This document shows, in pieces, positions 52,344 through 64,000 of a DNA stretch of 64,000 bases; the first letter of the stretch is position 1, and each line of letters starts with the position of its first letter. A program made the translations under genes and the position numbers. The DNA is from Curvularia clavata (taxonomy: Eukaryota). Location of the stretch: positions 2,046,001-2,110,000 of the forward strand of contig CP089275.1 of assembly GCA_023920165.1 (NCBI GenBank), in the 5' to 3' direction. Under the pieces are notes generated by a model that saw nothing but the letters and a program-made list of their open reading frames with translations, did not search any database and was not told the DNA's origin.

Positions 52344-53656
52344 TCAGGCCACATTGGCAACCTCTGGTCTGGAATTTTCCTGCTGCTGGGCGTCGATCCT
52401 GTCTGCCTCTTGTAGGGGGTAAGGAGCAGATCCCGCCTTGTCGTATTCTATGCCTACCGGGCTCTCGCTCCTCGCTGTACTCTCATAAGTGGTAGACTCT
52501 GGGACTGACTCTCCAGTCGTCGTTGTTGTTGTGGTCGCTGCGGCTCCCGGCATCGCACCAAGGCCAAGATTGCCTGCTTTGGAGTGAATAGGCTCAACGT
52601 CTAGCTGGTAGCGGCGAAGATCAGCCTCGGCGTCATTGAGAACCTGTCGTGCTGCTTCTCCTTCAGCGAATGCGGGATGTACATCGCCGGGCACAATCGG
52701 GGTATCGTCGACCAGGTTCAAGAGACGGCGAGCGTGTTTAGCCAGGATGATTTGCTTCTCTGCTCGCTCAATGGTGGCTGCAAAGTGATGATCATAAGCC
52801 TCTTTGAACTTTTGACGAGTCTAAAAGAGTCAGCAGAGCGTACAGACTGCAAAGTATTGCCATACAATGTTGTTGAGTTGTGCTTCGGCCACCAAGCTTT
52901 GAGCTTCGGCGCGGACGAGCTCCTGCTCGAGCTGGACTATCTTCGTACTCTGCGGTTCCTTGTACTTGAGTTTGGCAATCTCTTCGGAAACCTAGAAAAT
53001 GTTTAGTAGATGGCACGTCGACTGGGAAGTTAGAGTTTACCTTTGTCTTGTGGTCTCGGCTTGGCTGCACCGAACTCTCTGTGTTGCGGATCTGCTTCAG
53101 GATTCCCCGGTAATCTTCCAACGACTGAGCGAAGATATCCTCCTGTTCTCCAATCTCGGCGAGCAGTACTCCGAGTTTGTCTGAGATGTCCGAGATTGTC
53201 TCATCCTCTGTGGCCTCGCCCCATTCGGACAGCTGCTGAGCGATGCTGATGCGTTCGCGCCCCGCAGCCTCATAAGCCGAGATGGCATGGTTCTCCGACT
53301 TGATGATCTTGAACAGCTTTTTCGAGAGCTCTGGTTGTTGGGTGCCTCGAAGGGACGCCATGGTGAAGCGGTGCTTGGGAGCAGATTTCTCTGAACTGCC
53401 ACTGCCCTTCTTTGAGCGAACTGAAAGTGACCGATTCCTAGGTAGAACATGGTGGTTAGCGGTGCCTGTAGAGTAGAGCTCCTCCAATGTAGTTTAAATC
53501 GATTGTTTTTGGCACACGGCGCAACTTTTGCACTGCCATGGGTAAGGCAGTTCGTCTTGTCTGAGGGGTTCAGGGATGAACCCATGACAGGTGCATATTT
53601 AAGAGTATGTATATGCAGGGCGAAATGAAGGGGTATATCATGGACGCGACTCACAT
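52344..53656 (-). CDS. Eisosome BAR-domain protein of the Pil1/Lsp1 family (PilB-like)
   Basis: Motifs SLRGTQQPELSKKL, DISDKLGVL, IRNTESSVQPSRDHK and LEQELVRAEAQSLVAEAQL. Introns 53654-53438 (splits AT|G), 53040-52992 and 52865-52821. Confidence 0.9.
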
Positions 53657-55456
53657 TCTGCGAGAGGTTTGTTGGAATACGGTTTTGGTAGTCGGTGTAT
53701 CGAGTCCTCGAAGACGTTAGGATTTGTGTAGGTTGCTGTCCCGCAAGTGCCCTGTCCGCAGATAGGAGCAACCCAGGTGTTTTGTGGAGATGTTCCTTTT
53801 GCAAGCGTAACAAGAAGTCGGACGTGAGAATATGGTCCAGGGTTGGGAGTGAATTCCAACTGCATGGTTCTGGTTGCGGAGGGGAGGGGCGTGGTGGGCA
53901 GTCGCGCCAAACACGGTGATGTCATAGTGGCAGCGGGAAGGCGCGCATCATGAATGTTGAGCATGTGTAGCCAGTCGCCACTCCTTCTGGCTGCCGACTG
54001 ATCCGCTCTTGATGGTGCTACGTCTATGGCTTGTGGGCGACACGAGCTGTTTTGTTTGGCATATATCATCTTGTCTTGGTCTTCACTTGGGCCAGGGCAG
54101 CACTGTCTCTGACGCGAGGAGCATGTGCCTGCTTGTTCCAGTAGCAACAAGCGGCTGGTTAAGATGCTGCAGGCAGCAGAGGGATGCGGGCGACTGCGAT
54201 GCGCTCATATCCTCGACCGTCGTCCAAGTTTGTCGCCTCATGATGCCGCAACAAGTGCCGGCTCGCAGTGTTTCTGGTGCAACAGTGTGCCCTGGAGAAT
54301 CTTCTGTCAGACTGAACGGGACATGGCGTATCCTGAATACGATTGCGCCATAAAGGGGAAACACGAGAATGCGGAGTGTCAGGTACAGTGGGCGAAGCGT
54401 ATGTGCGGGTTGCACAATTAACGTGATTGTCCGTACATAATACGCCGTGTTATGCAAATCGCGCTGTAGCGCTGATGTTTCGTTCCATCACACGGACTGT
54501 CTTCAGACGGACCGATCCATTAATCTGGAGCCTTCCGCGGGCAAAGGAGCCTTCCTGTTACTGTTACACCTAATGTGTGTATCTAGTTGATGGACGCCGA
54601 CCTGGCCCAATTGCCTCACTCGCAATGTTCCTCATGGGACCTCCTATTGGCCGCGCTTCCGGACTACGGCAGCTTCCTCCACGAAGGAACAAGTACCGTG
54701 TCTATTTACCTTTACCGTCTCTTCTTAACACATCATCAATATACAGCTACTAGTCCTCCTATGTCTTCCCAACATCTGCCGTACCGTCGCCGCATCCACA
54801 AGCGGACAGGCACACTGATACTTTAGGTTCCAACAAGGTCGCTCCTCCAATCAGCATGGCTGCGCACGTCCCATGGCCGGCCATCATGCATGCAGCAAGG
54901 CTGCGTGCTGCAGGCTGCGGCCCAGATTTCGGCCGCACGTTTATCGGTGCAACCCATACCTACATGGACTATGTTTGTACCTGTCCATAATTCTCCGGCG
55001 TAAACGCTCATCTCAGAACGGTTTCTCAGTCCTCTTGTCGTCTTGGAATGTCCATGGCGGCGGCAAAGAACCATAGCATACATATTGACAGTACATGCCT
55101 ATCCTAGCTAGCCTCGCTAGTTTGTCGCCAGGATCAATACGTCCCTCGTCTATATGCAAAACCATGTCACCCTTGATGCACTTGGCCCTACTTCCCTTTT
55201 GTAAGCAGCGGTGCTTTTTGTACGCTCTCGAGCGAGGGATTGACAAGCCAGCTGCCGACTATCGTACCGAGCCGGCGGCCGCGTCATGCAATCCCAGAGT
55301 CCCAATTTCAACGGCTGCTCTGTGAGTCGCCGTGTCACTTGACCCGCGAGGTCCACACAGATAATCTTCTAACCGCTGTCGTGCCATCTACTGTAATGCC
55401 CGCTGGGGCAAGGGCTAGGTGCCCATGGCAAAACTTCCGCTTCTCGACCACATTTC

Positions 55457-55463
55457 TTACTAA
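55457..55463 (+). promoter_or_regulatory. Yap1/AP-1-type response element (TTACTAA) upstream of catalase
   Basis: Exact TTACTAA about 660 bp before the catalase ATG. Confidence 0.4.
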
Positions 55464-56059
55464 ACTTTGCCCACCTGCATGTCGGCCCACTCTTCGCTTG
55501 GCTTGGAGGCACGGTGACCTGATCAACGCACCTGCTTGGCATCACAACTCTTTCTGAGCCTACCACTCAGATCGATTTTCTTTTTCTGTCCACGGGCATG
55601 GACCCTGTCAGCGACGAAAACGAAAACGCCCCTTGAGCTGTAGCAGTAGCCTCAAGAAGCCTTCATTCGTCGGCTTGGAGCAGCTATTTGCAGAAAAAAC
55701 ACCGTATCTTCCCTATTACATAGATTCAAGAAGATCATCGTCCATCTTCATCATCATCATCGGTTTCCAAAGCGGCCGTATGCCTGATTGAGGCAAGAGA
55801 TGCGTGTCAGTTACATGCAGCACAATCTCACCCCACTCAAAGCCTGGGCAATGATGATCCTTACCCTAAGCCTACCAGCAAACGCAACCAGTAGTTCGGA
55901 GCCTACTAGCAGCGATGACGGTGTATAACTGGGGAAATTAGCATCATGTTATTCGGTGATTCAGGATTGCCGGTGGCCAGGGGCCAGCCTAGTCCGTCGT
56001 TGAAGGATGAAGTAACCGTACGATGTTTTTTTTTTAAAAAAACCTGACAGAACTTATGG

Positions 56060-56067
56060 TATAAAAA
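56060..56067 (+). promoter_or_regulatory. TATA box of the catalase gene
   Basis: TATAAAAG about 60 bp upstream of ATG 56122, preceded by a T10-A7 tract at 56026-56042. Confidence 0.65.
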
Positions 56068-56121
56068 GGACAACGGCATCTACTTTTTCACTATCCTACG
56101 CCACCCAAAGGAACCCTCAAC

Positions 56122-58510
56122 ATGGTGCGATCCAATGTTCTGACGGCAATTGCCGCCGTCTGTCATGTAGCTCACGCTGTCTGCCCTTACATGGATGGCA
56201 GTTCAGATGCCCTACCAGCCAGCCACCCGGTCGTTCGCCGCGATGGTGCTCCTGATTTGTCGACAGACAAGTTTATGGGCCAGTTCGAGGTTGATGACAG
56301 CAAAGCGTACCTCACGAACCCCGTAGGAGGACCTATTCCCGACCAAGAGTCTCTTTCGGCTGGTGAGCGAGGTCCAACACTTCTCGAGGACCAGATCTTT
56401 CGTCGGAAGATTATGCACTTTGGTAAGTGCTTTCTAAACTCCCGGACATGCCGGACCGCTTACTAGCCGGTACATCTAGATCATGAGCGCGTTCCAGAAC
56501 GCGCCGTTCACGCCCGTGGTGCTGGAGCTCACGGAACTTTCCAATCGTTCGGAGACTGGTCCAACATCACGGGCGCTTCGTTCCTGAGCGCCCCTAACAA
56601 GGAAACCCCAACCTTTATTCGCTTCTCTACTGTTGCAGGAAGTCGGGGCTCCGCAGATACTGCCCGAGACGTTCACGGCTTTGCCGTCAGGTTTTACACT
56701 GACGAAGGTAACTTCGGTAAGTGCCGTTACTGATAGCACAGTTGTCCATTGGGGGATTTTCGTTGCTAATATTGTGTAGATATTGTCGGCAACAATGTTC
56801 CTGTTTTCTTTATCCAGGATGCCATCAAATTCCCAGACCTAATTCATGCTGTTAAGCCTAAGCCAGACAGCGAGATTCCTCAGGCAGCAACAGCCCATGA
56901 CAGTGCCTGGGACTTTTTCAGTCAACAGCCTAGTACCATGCACACGCTTATGTGGGCAATGAGCGGACATGGTACTATTCGTTCCTATAGGCATACCGAT
57001 GGCTTCGGTGTGCACACCTTCCGCTTTGTCCGCGACGACGGAAAGTCCAAGCTCGTCAAGTTTAGGTTCCGGTCTCTGCAGGGCAAAGCTGCGCTCCTCT
57101 GGGAGGAGGCTCAGACCACTGCTGGAATGAACGCAGACATGCACCGACAGGATCTTTTTGAGAGCATTCAGAACGGATACTATCCAGAGTGGATCTTTGA
57201 GGCTCAGATCATGGAGGAAGAAGACCAGCTTCGATTTGGATTCGATCTCCTCGACCCTACCAAGATAGTGCCGGAAGACATTGTTCCTTTCACGCCTCTT
57301 GGAAAGTTGACTTTGAACCGCAACCCTCGCAACTACTTTGCCGAGACTGAGCAGGTCATGTTCCAACCCGGTCATCTTGTCCGCGGTATTGATATTACCG
57401 AAGACCCGCTCCTTCAAGGAAGAATGTACTCGTACCTGGATACTCAGCTCAACCGAAACGGTGGTCCAAACTTTGAGCAGATTCCTATTAACCAGCCCCG
57501 TGTGCCCATCCACTCTAACGAGCGTGACGGAGCCGGTAAGTTTATTGAGTCAGTCGGCGAGCTAGTCGAGACAAGAAGCTTACTCGTGCATAGGCCAAAT
57601 GTACATTCCTCTCAACACGGCTGCTTACTCTCCAAACACGCTGAACAACGGTTTCCCTAAGCAAGCCAACCAGGCTGAGGGCCGCGGATTCTTCGAAGCA
57701 CCTTCTCGATCCGTCAGTGGAAAGCTTGTGCGCTCGGTCTCTAGCACGTTTGCCGACGCCTGGTCGCAACCTCGTCTGTTCTTCAACTCGTTGTCGCCAG
57801 TCGAGCAGCAGTTTGTCATCAACGCCATCCGCTTTGAGACTTCGCACCTACAGAGCGACGTTGTCAAGAAGAACGTGCTGATTCAGCTCAACCGAATCAG
57901 CCACGACATTGCCACGCGTGTGGCTCAGGCTCTTGGCATGGATGCGCCAGCTCCCGATGACAAGTTCTATCACAACAACAAGACGATTGGCGTCAACGCA
58001 GGTGGCGAGCCACTTCTCAAGATTGAAGGTTTGAAGGTGGGATACTTGACGTCTGCATCGTCTTCGGGCGAGAATGCCAAGGCACTCAAGGCGGCACTCA
58101 AGGACAAGAAGGTTGGTCTGACTGTTGTTGCTGAGCACCTGGGTGCAGGCATTGACCAGACGTACTCGGCCGCTTCTGCGGTCAACTTCGACGCCATTAT
58201 CGTAGACGGTAGCGCCTCGAGCCTTTTTGCCCCTGCAGGCAGTCTGGCAAACTCTAACTCTACCACCAAAGCGCGTTCCACTCTGTACCCTGCTGGCCGA
58301 CCACTTGACATTTTGCAGAGCAGCTACCGATTCGGTAAGCCTGTAGGTGTGGTCGGAGCCAACAACAACACGCTGAGCGCTGCGGGTATTGAGGCTAGCA
58401 CGCCTGGCGTCTACACGCTTGATGCCAGCGACATGTCGGCAGTTGTTGAGAAGATTTCTGAGGGTCTACAGACATTCAAGTTCCTCGACAGGTACCCCTT
58501 GGACAAATAG
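56122..58510 (+). CDS. catB: Secreted large-subunit heme catalase (CatB/CAT-3 type)
   Basis: Signal peptide followed by CPYM. Distal His motif [22 protein letters not shown], heme ligand motif RMYSYLDTQ, and a C-terminal DJ-1/GATase-like domain. Introns 56423-56479, 56717-56779 and 57536-57593. Confidence 0.96.
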
Positions 58511-59587
58511 ATGGTAGCTGAATGCCGACGGTGCTAACGGCTTCTTGTATGTACGTGATAGGCAGGTTGGGTGCAGAGTATGTATATATTGTCGGAGTAT
58601 GGACAGGTCGGTAATACCTTGGATGGCTACTCCATGTAATTTCATCTTAAACCCACTTGAGAGCTTTGATCACCATGGTGTGTGAGAGGTGCCATGACTG
58701 TTTGTTTCGACTAGGAAAGTGTACGGTAGACTAGCAAAAGCATCTGCTGTTGACGGTGCGGTGAGAGATTTACCTTGGGCCCTGACGCCATGGTGATCAA
58801 AGTCATCGTCCGTGAAGTGTGGTAGTCATGTTCTGGACTGCTCAACGGGGACCCACGTCGGGTAATTGCGCCTCGAGGCCGTTGGCATGTCACATGGTAA
58901 ACGGCCCCCAGAAAAGGCGTGTAGGGGCTCGGATATGGCTGCCACGCCTCGCCACGTTCTCCACGTTCTCCACGCGCGTGCTGCTGCTGCAGGAGTAGGA
59001 GTGGCGAGCAGCCATCAGGCATTCTATAGCACTCGGTCCTCGGCAACGGACAGTGATGTGCCCAGACAGGCCGTCGTTGAGAGGGCGACAGACGCAGAAC
59101 TGGGCATGCCAGAGGACAGACGGTAACTGGTAGATAGTGTTCACGGGTTGCTCAGGGCAGATTGCAGGCCATGGGGGTTTGGTTTCCTGGCCTACGGCTG
59201 GCCAGCGTGGGTGGGGGGCTTGGCGGCTAATGCAGGGAAGCGCAGGGAAGCGCACGACAGGCCGAGATTACTATGGCTCCTCTACCGGCGCAACCCCGTT
59301 TGAGCTGACACGACGGCTACCAAACTCCCTACTCGACGTCCTGCCAACTGTAAACACTGCGAGTTGCACGACCGCCTTCACAAACCCCTTCTCAAACCTC
59401 AGAGTCGGCGCCCGCCTCACCACCCACAGCCACGCCCATTCACACATCAGCACACCTCCCGGCGCGGCTTAGCTCGCCCGTCGCTCTATAATTGGCCGTC
59501 CACGCCAACAACTCGCCGCTTCTTTGAGCGACGTTGCCAACCCCGAGTCGCTCGCACTCGACTCTCAAAGACCGCACCACACACACC

Positions 59588-61579
59588 ATGTCTACAGCAA
59601 CAGCAAGCAAGCCCCCCGCCACCGGCACCTCTCGTCGCGAGGCCGGTGCTAGGACATCTTCGGCCTCGCCAGGGGCTGCACACCGCACGCCCGCCCGTTC
59701 CTCCACTCCCACGGCCAATGGCGCCAGCAGCGTCGCCAGGACAAAGTCCACCCGCGGAGGCACCACCGGCGCCCCAGTCTCTGCCCGCGCTGCCGTCAAG
59801 AAGCCCGCCGCCCCTTCGAATCTGAGCAATGCATCGCAGGCCGATGCCGCCAATGAGGAAGCCCGAGACGAACAAGCCGCACTGCTCCAAGACCTCAAGG
59901 AGAGGCTACAGAAGGCAGAGAGCGAGGCAGAGGAGCGCCACAAGCAAGTCGAGGTCCTGACTGCTAAGCTCGACGATGCCATCGCTGAGCAGGCCAAGCT
60001 CGAGGAGCGCGCACACGAGGAGGAAGAAAAGGTCGAGGCCCTCGAGAACGAGAAGCGCGAGCTGACCCGCCAGCACCGCGAGCTAGAGAGCATCTACGAA
60101 GCTGAGCGTGCCCAGGCCATGAAGGAGAAGGAGGAGATTCAGTCACGAGAAGAGGAAATGCAGGGCACCATTCAGCGTCTCAAGGAGACCATGGCGACCA
60201 AGAATATGCCCGCTGGCGAGACCGACGAAGGCGGAGAGCAACATCTTTCACGCACATGTAAGTACCCACTGCTATTCGCACAATTCGCAACCACTAACTT
60301 GTCCCCAGCCAGTTTCCGCAATGTGTCGTCCCGCAACAACTCGTCGCAGAACCTCGACAATGTTGCCTCATTTGCGCCACCCAACTCTGTCCAGCGCAGC
60401 AACTCGCGCAGCAACTCCAAGCTCATTAACCAGAAGGATAAGATCATTGAAGATCTGCGCCTGGAGCTTGCCGAATATCAGGTAAAGATGCTTGAGGTCG
60501 AGAACGCCGGCGGCGGCCGTCTACGTGAACTCGAGAAGCAGCTCCTAGAGACCCGCATGACCAACGCAAGGCTCATGGAGGATAATGAAAGCTTCCAGCT
60601 TCTGCTGGGTGAGAAGACCCTTAATGGAGATTTGAGCCGTGGCGAATTCCTGCGTGAGGCTTCTAACCCCGAGGAGCGCGTCCCATCTCGCAACGGACCT
60701 TCGACCAGCCTGGCTGACGAGCTTCAATCGGCAGAAGAGGGCGATGCTGAGGTTGTCCGCAAGCTCGAAGCAGAGCTCAACAGCATGAAGGCTCAGAACC
60801 AGGCCCTCACTCTATACATCAACAAGATCATCGGGCGCCTGCTCACACACCAGGGCTTCGAATCGGTCCTTGGTAACGACGCTGACGACAGCGGCCCCGG
60901 GGGCGCCAATAGGAACAAGGAGCTTCCTCCACCCCCACCTCAGGACAGCGAACAGCCACAAGGCTTCCTCCAGCGCGCCAAGTCTGTTGCCATGGGCGGA
61001 AATCGCAGGCCCCGACCCCTCAGCGGTACCATGGGCCCGCCACCCACAACCCAGAGTGCACACGAGGACCCAGCAACAGCGCCCAGTATTCCCCTCACGC
61101 GCTCTGCCTCCAACCGCCACCCAAGCGGCAGCCATCGCCGATCTACTTCTGAGGTTCCTGGCGCTGCTGGCATTGTCAACAACATGTACCGCTCCCCTAC
61201 AGGAACACCCAATCCAGCTTCGCCTGGCATGGTCTCCCCCCGCAACTCGTTCTTTGGTCTGCCAGTGAACAGCGGACCAGGGTCCAGCAACCCTGTCTCT
61301 AGGGTCCCCTCTGGCCAAGGCCCAATTCCAGAAGACAAGGAGGTCGATGCTCGCACTGAGTCTTCGTCCGCCAGTCACGCCGATACGTCGAGCCCGCCGC
61401 GTCAGCTCGGGCGCAGCGAGACTAGCACTGGTGTCATGACTGGTAAGGGCATGCGACCACTTCGCCTGGTACAGAACGAAGAGGAAGCCATGAAGGCGCG
61501 CAAAGCCGCAAACAGGAGTAGTTGGTTTGGCGGTCTGTTTGGTCAAACCCCGCCTGCTCAGCAGCAGGACACTGCATAG
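59588..61579 (+). CDS. Conserved fungal coiled-coil protein (often labelled 'M protein-like')
   Basis: ATG 59588 and long heptad repeats. Motifs ARLMEDNESFQLLL, ALTLYINKII and MRPLRLVQ. Intron 60258-60308. Confidence 0.85.
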   Translation: MSTATASKPPATGTSRREAGARTSSASPGAAHRTPARSSTPTANGASSVARTKSTRGGTTGAPVSARAAVKKPAAPSNLSNASQADAANEEARDEQAALLQDLKERLQKAESEAEERHKQVEVLTAKLDDAIAEQAKLEERAHEEEEKVEALENEKRELTRQHRELESIYEAERAQAMKEKEEIQSREEEMQGTIQRLKETMATKNMPAGETDEGGEQHLSRTCKYPLLFAQFATTNLSPASFRNVSSRNNSSQNLDNVASFAPPNSVQRSNSRSNSKLINQKDKIIEDLRLELAEYQVKMLEVENAGGGRLRELEKQLLETRMTNARLMEDNESFQLLLGEKTLNGDLSRGEFLREASNPEERVPSRNGPSTSLADELQSAEEGDAEVVRKLEAELNSMKAQNQALTLYINKIIGRLLTHQGFESVLGNDADDSGPGGANRNKELPPPPPQDSEQPQGFLQRAKSVAMGGNRRPRPLSGTMGPPPTTQSAHEDPATAPSIPLTRSASNRHPSGSHRRSTSEVPGAAGIVNNMYRSPTGTPNPASPGMVSPRNSFFGLPVNSGPGSSNPVSRVPSGQGPIPEDKEVDARTESSSASHADTSSPPRQLGRSETSTGVMTGKGMRPLRLVQNEEEAMKARKAANRSSWFGGLFGQTPPAQQQDTA

Positions 61580-63850
61580 TAGTAGGATTTGTCATTGGCG
61601 GAATGGAGGGGGGACCTTGTTCATTCTTGTTTGATGTCACTTCTTTATTAAAGCCCCCTCCTCCATGTAAGTAACTTTTCATCATCATGAGAACTTTTTT
61701 TGTATACGACAGCCACGTATGACTTAATGCAGAAGGGGGACGAAGGAAGCATGAGGAAACGATGAGGTAGGATAGATTATGGATGAATGAGAACATACGA
61801 TATACATATATTACCATTTCTCCTTGCTCTTTTCATTTTCAGAACATGAGAGTCGGTTCGTTGATGCTGCGGGTGGAATGAGTTGTAGTCCATATAGCGG
61901 TTTGATTTTGTTTGTCTTTTCTTTCTATACAGAGAGAGAAACTTTTGGTTTACGCCCATTCCAGATGTATAACCCCTCCCTTTCTTCTTGCGCTTCTTCC
62001 CGACGACATTTATATACCACATGTTGGCTTCACGTCCATTTATCCACACATTTGTACGTAGTCTTCCCTGAGAGGTTAGAGTAGGTGCAAACAATACTTT
62101 CCTTCCTTGCATTCCCGTCTTCTCCCCTTCCCTTCCCTTGTTCCTCCTTTCCTTTCCCCCGTCCTTCCCCAGTCCTATACAAATTCATCTCCCCCTTTCC
62201 GTTTCTGCGTGTCCCCAAAATCCCTCATCCCTCGCTCCTAGTTCCCCCTCTCTATCTTCTGCCCATACATCTTCCCCCTCTTAGCGGCCCCAAACTCAAA
62301 CTCCCCCTCCGCGCAACACACCTCACGCACGCTTGTCCGCCTCTCTGTCTTGTCTTCTTGATCCGCTGCGGACATAGCGTGGGATTCATGCCATGCGTTG
62401 CAGCGTGCTTACAGCGGATGTATTTTGTAGAGAGAACGTGGGCACATGGATGCGCGTGCGGAGAGGAGCAGGTGAATTGGTGGATGTAGCACATTTTTTG
62501 TTGCGTTTGGATTTGGTGATGTGGTTTGACTTGGGAATCTTAGTGTGGATGTGGTATGAGATGGGTGAATGGGATATTTGGCTTAGCAGGGGAAGGGGGG
62601 ATCGGTGGTGGTGTGAAATATATATGGCTTTGGTGGAGAGCTGTGTCCGGTGAGGAATTTTGAATGTTTGCTTAATAGTGATTGTTAGATTGGTGTTCTT
62701 TCTTCTTTTCCTTTATGAGTGAGAAACAGCTTGAAACCTTCTTTTTGTTCGCTGCTTGATGTATCTTAGATTACTAGCATGTTTTGGTTTTCTTGATTGA
62801 GGTGTCTAAGTTCACCTACGCAGATGATATTTTGCTACTGGATATTAATGCTAGGTTCAAAGACACGATGTCTATTGCAAACAACTAGTTCGTGCAAAAC
62901 CAAGAGTTACTCTTTCGACTGGAATTCCAGTTAAATCATTCGAGGATTTTTATTCAAGTATTTTAGCATATCAGTCCGATACATGCGCAAAAATACCCAG
63001 TTTTCTACCGATACACGCTTAAACCGATAGATATCGATAAACCAGAACACGTTAACTATGTATGTTCGCACTTGGTAATCGGCAGATGACACGTGCTGAC
63101 TACTGTATTTGTAAATTCAACTGAATCTTTACAGAATCAGCTGTCAAGTATCTTTCTACATTTATTGACGAACTGGTCACAGGTTACGCATGTTTACGTG
63201 CCGCTAAGTCTGCTTGACAATAAGAAACAGGGTGCATAACCACACCGCGGGGTATAGTTTGAATCACCGATGATCAGCGTCTATAAGGATATCCAATAAC
63301 TAAATATCCCAGTCTGTGTTAAACTTGCTGCATTTGCTACGTTTGAAATTGGCTTCGTTGAGGCTTCGGCCACGACAAGGAGGCCTTCGGTCAAAGCTGA
63401 CCAAAAGTAAGCACCTGCAACTGGTGTGGTGACAACCACAGGTGATCAATTATACTAACGCGAATTTTAAGTGCGATGTCATTTGAAACTCTATTGTCCT
63501 CGCTCTTGACCAGCTCGAGTGCCTGAGGATCTGCGTAAGTCATGGTCAAACACATAGTGCCGTGCAAGGAAAGGCCAACCCATTTTACACAAGGCCAAGT
63601 GCTAAACGAGCATTTTTGTTTTTCTGTCCACTATGACAGCTACAAGAGGCTGTTGAATCTAGTCAATGCAGTGTAATCTTGGTCAGAAGTTGATAGACTT
63701 GGGTTAGAATGCATTGAGTAGCGACTGTCAGAATATTATAGTTGTGGATTTTTTCTTTTATATATAAACTGGTATGGAATAAGATTACAATGCTAGTGAC
63801 ATGCTAATAATACAAAACAACATACATTTGACATTACTTATACAAAATGA

Positions 63851-64000
63851 CTATGCAACAATGCTCTTTGGTCCCGCAGCCAGTCCAACCCATTCTCCCA
63901 GTCCGTGATCTGCAGTCGCCCAGTAGTCACGCGTCTTCTTGTACATGGCCAAGCGCTCGTTTAGACTCGGGATAGCCATGATCTCTCGGAAAGGTACCGG
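63851..64000 (-). CDS. 3' end of an unidentified gene entering from the right edge
   Basis: Minus-strand frame PVPFREIMAIPSLNERLAMYKKTRDYWATADHGLGEWVGLAAGPKSIVA*. Coding-like composition followed by an AT-rich 3'-UTR. Confidence 0.65.
   Translation of the reverse strand, partial: PVPFREIMAIPSLNERLAMYKKTRDYWATADHGLGEWVGLAAGPKSIVA

Noticed and set aside
54693..54826. Two intron-like segments (54693-54746 and 54781-54826) suggesting a hidden small gene
   Set aside because: Both donors are GTACCG and lack the conserved +5 G; spliced products resemble nothing I recognise.
62918..62931. 14-bp perfect palindrome ACTGGAATTCCAGT
   Set aside because: A single palindrome of this length is expected by chance in 64 kb; no TIR or target-site context.

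Overview
Gene-dense eukaryotic DNA from a filamentous ascomycete. The short GT-AG introns with CTRAC branch sites and the protein families fit Pezizomycotina, possibly Dothideomycetes/Pleosporales (inference). I reconstructed about 25 protein-coding genes by hand, most of them spliced, so the ORF track fragments them. In order: a partial likely COP9 subunit; an MIT-domain protein; an orphan secreted protein; a conserved fungal 'oxidoreductase-like' protein; RRP14/SURF6; a head-to-head complex I pair (TYKY/NDUFS8 and mitochondrial ACP); VPS74; SNF5; an EEP-family phosphatase/nuclease; Cdb4/Ebp1; a double-PHD protein; Asn-tRNA synthetase; a DOPA 4,5-dioxygenase homologue; SRP14; SGD1/NOM1; LPD1; SLD2; RPN12; a Usv1/Rgm1-like C2H2 factor; SEC24; a Pil1/Lsp1 eisosome protein; a secreted large-subunit catalase; a coiled-coil protein; and a partial gene at the right edge. 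This is mostly core housekeeping sequence. I saw no transposon, rRNA, tRNA, CRISPR array or biosynthetic cluster, and I cannot support a novel multi-gene system. The best leads are regulatory: an ORF-less region with three intron-like elements, a structured first intron in cdb4, an ATG split by an intron, four stop-free in-frame introns, a uORF before the C2H2 factor, and tightly linked divergent pairs.
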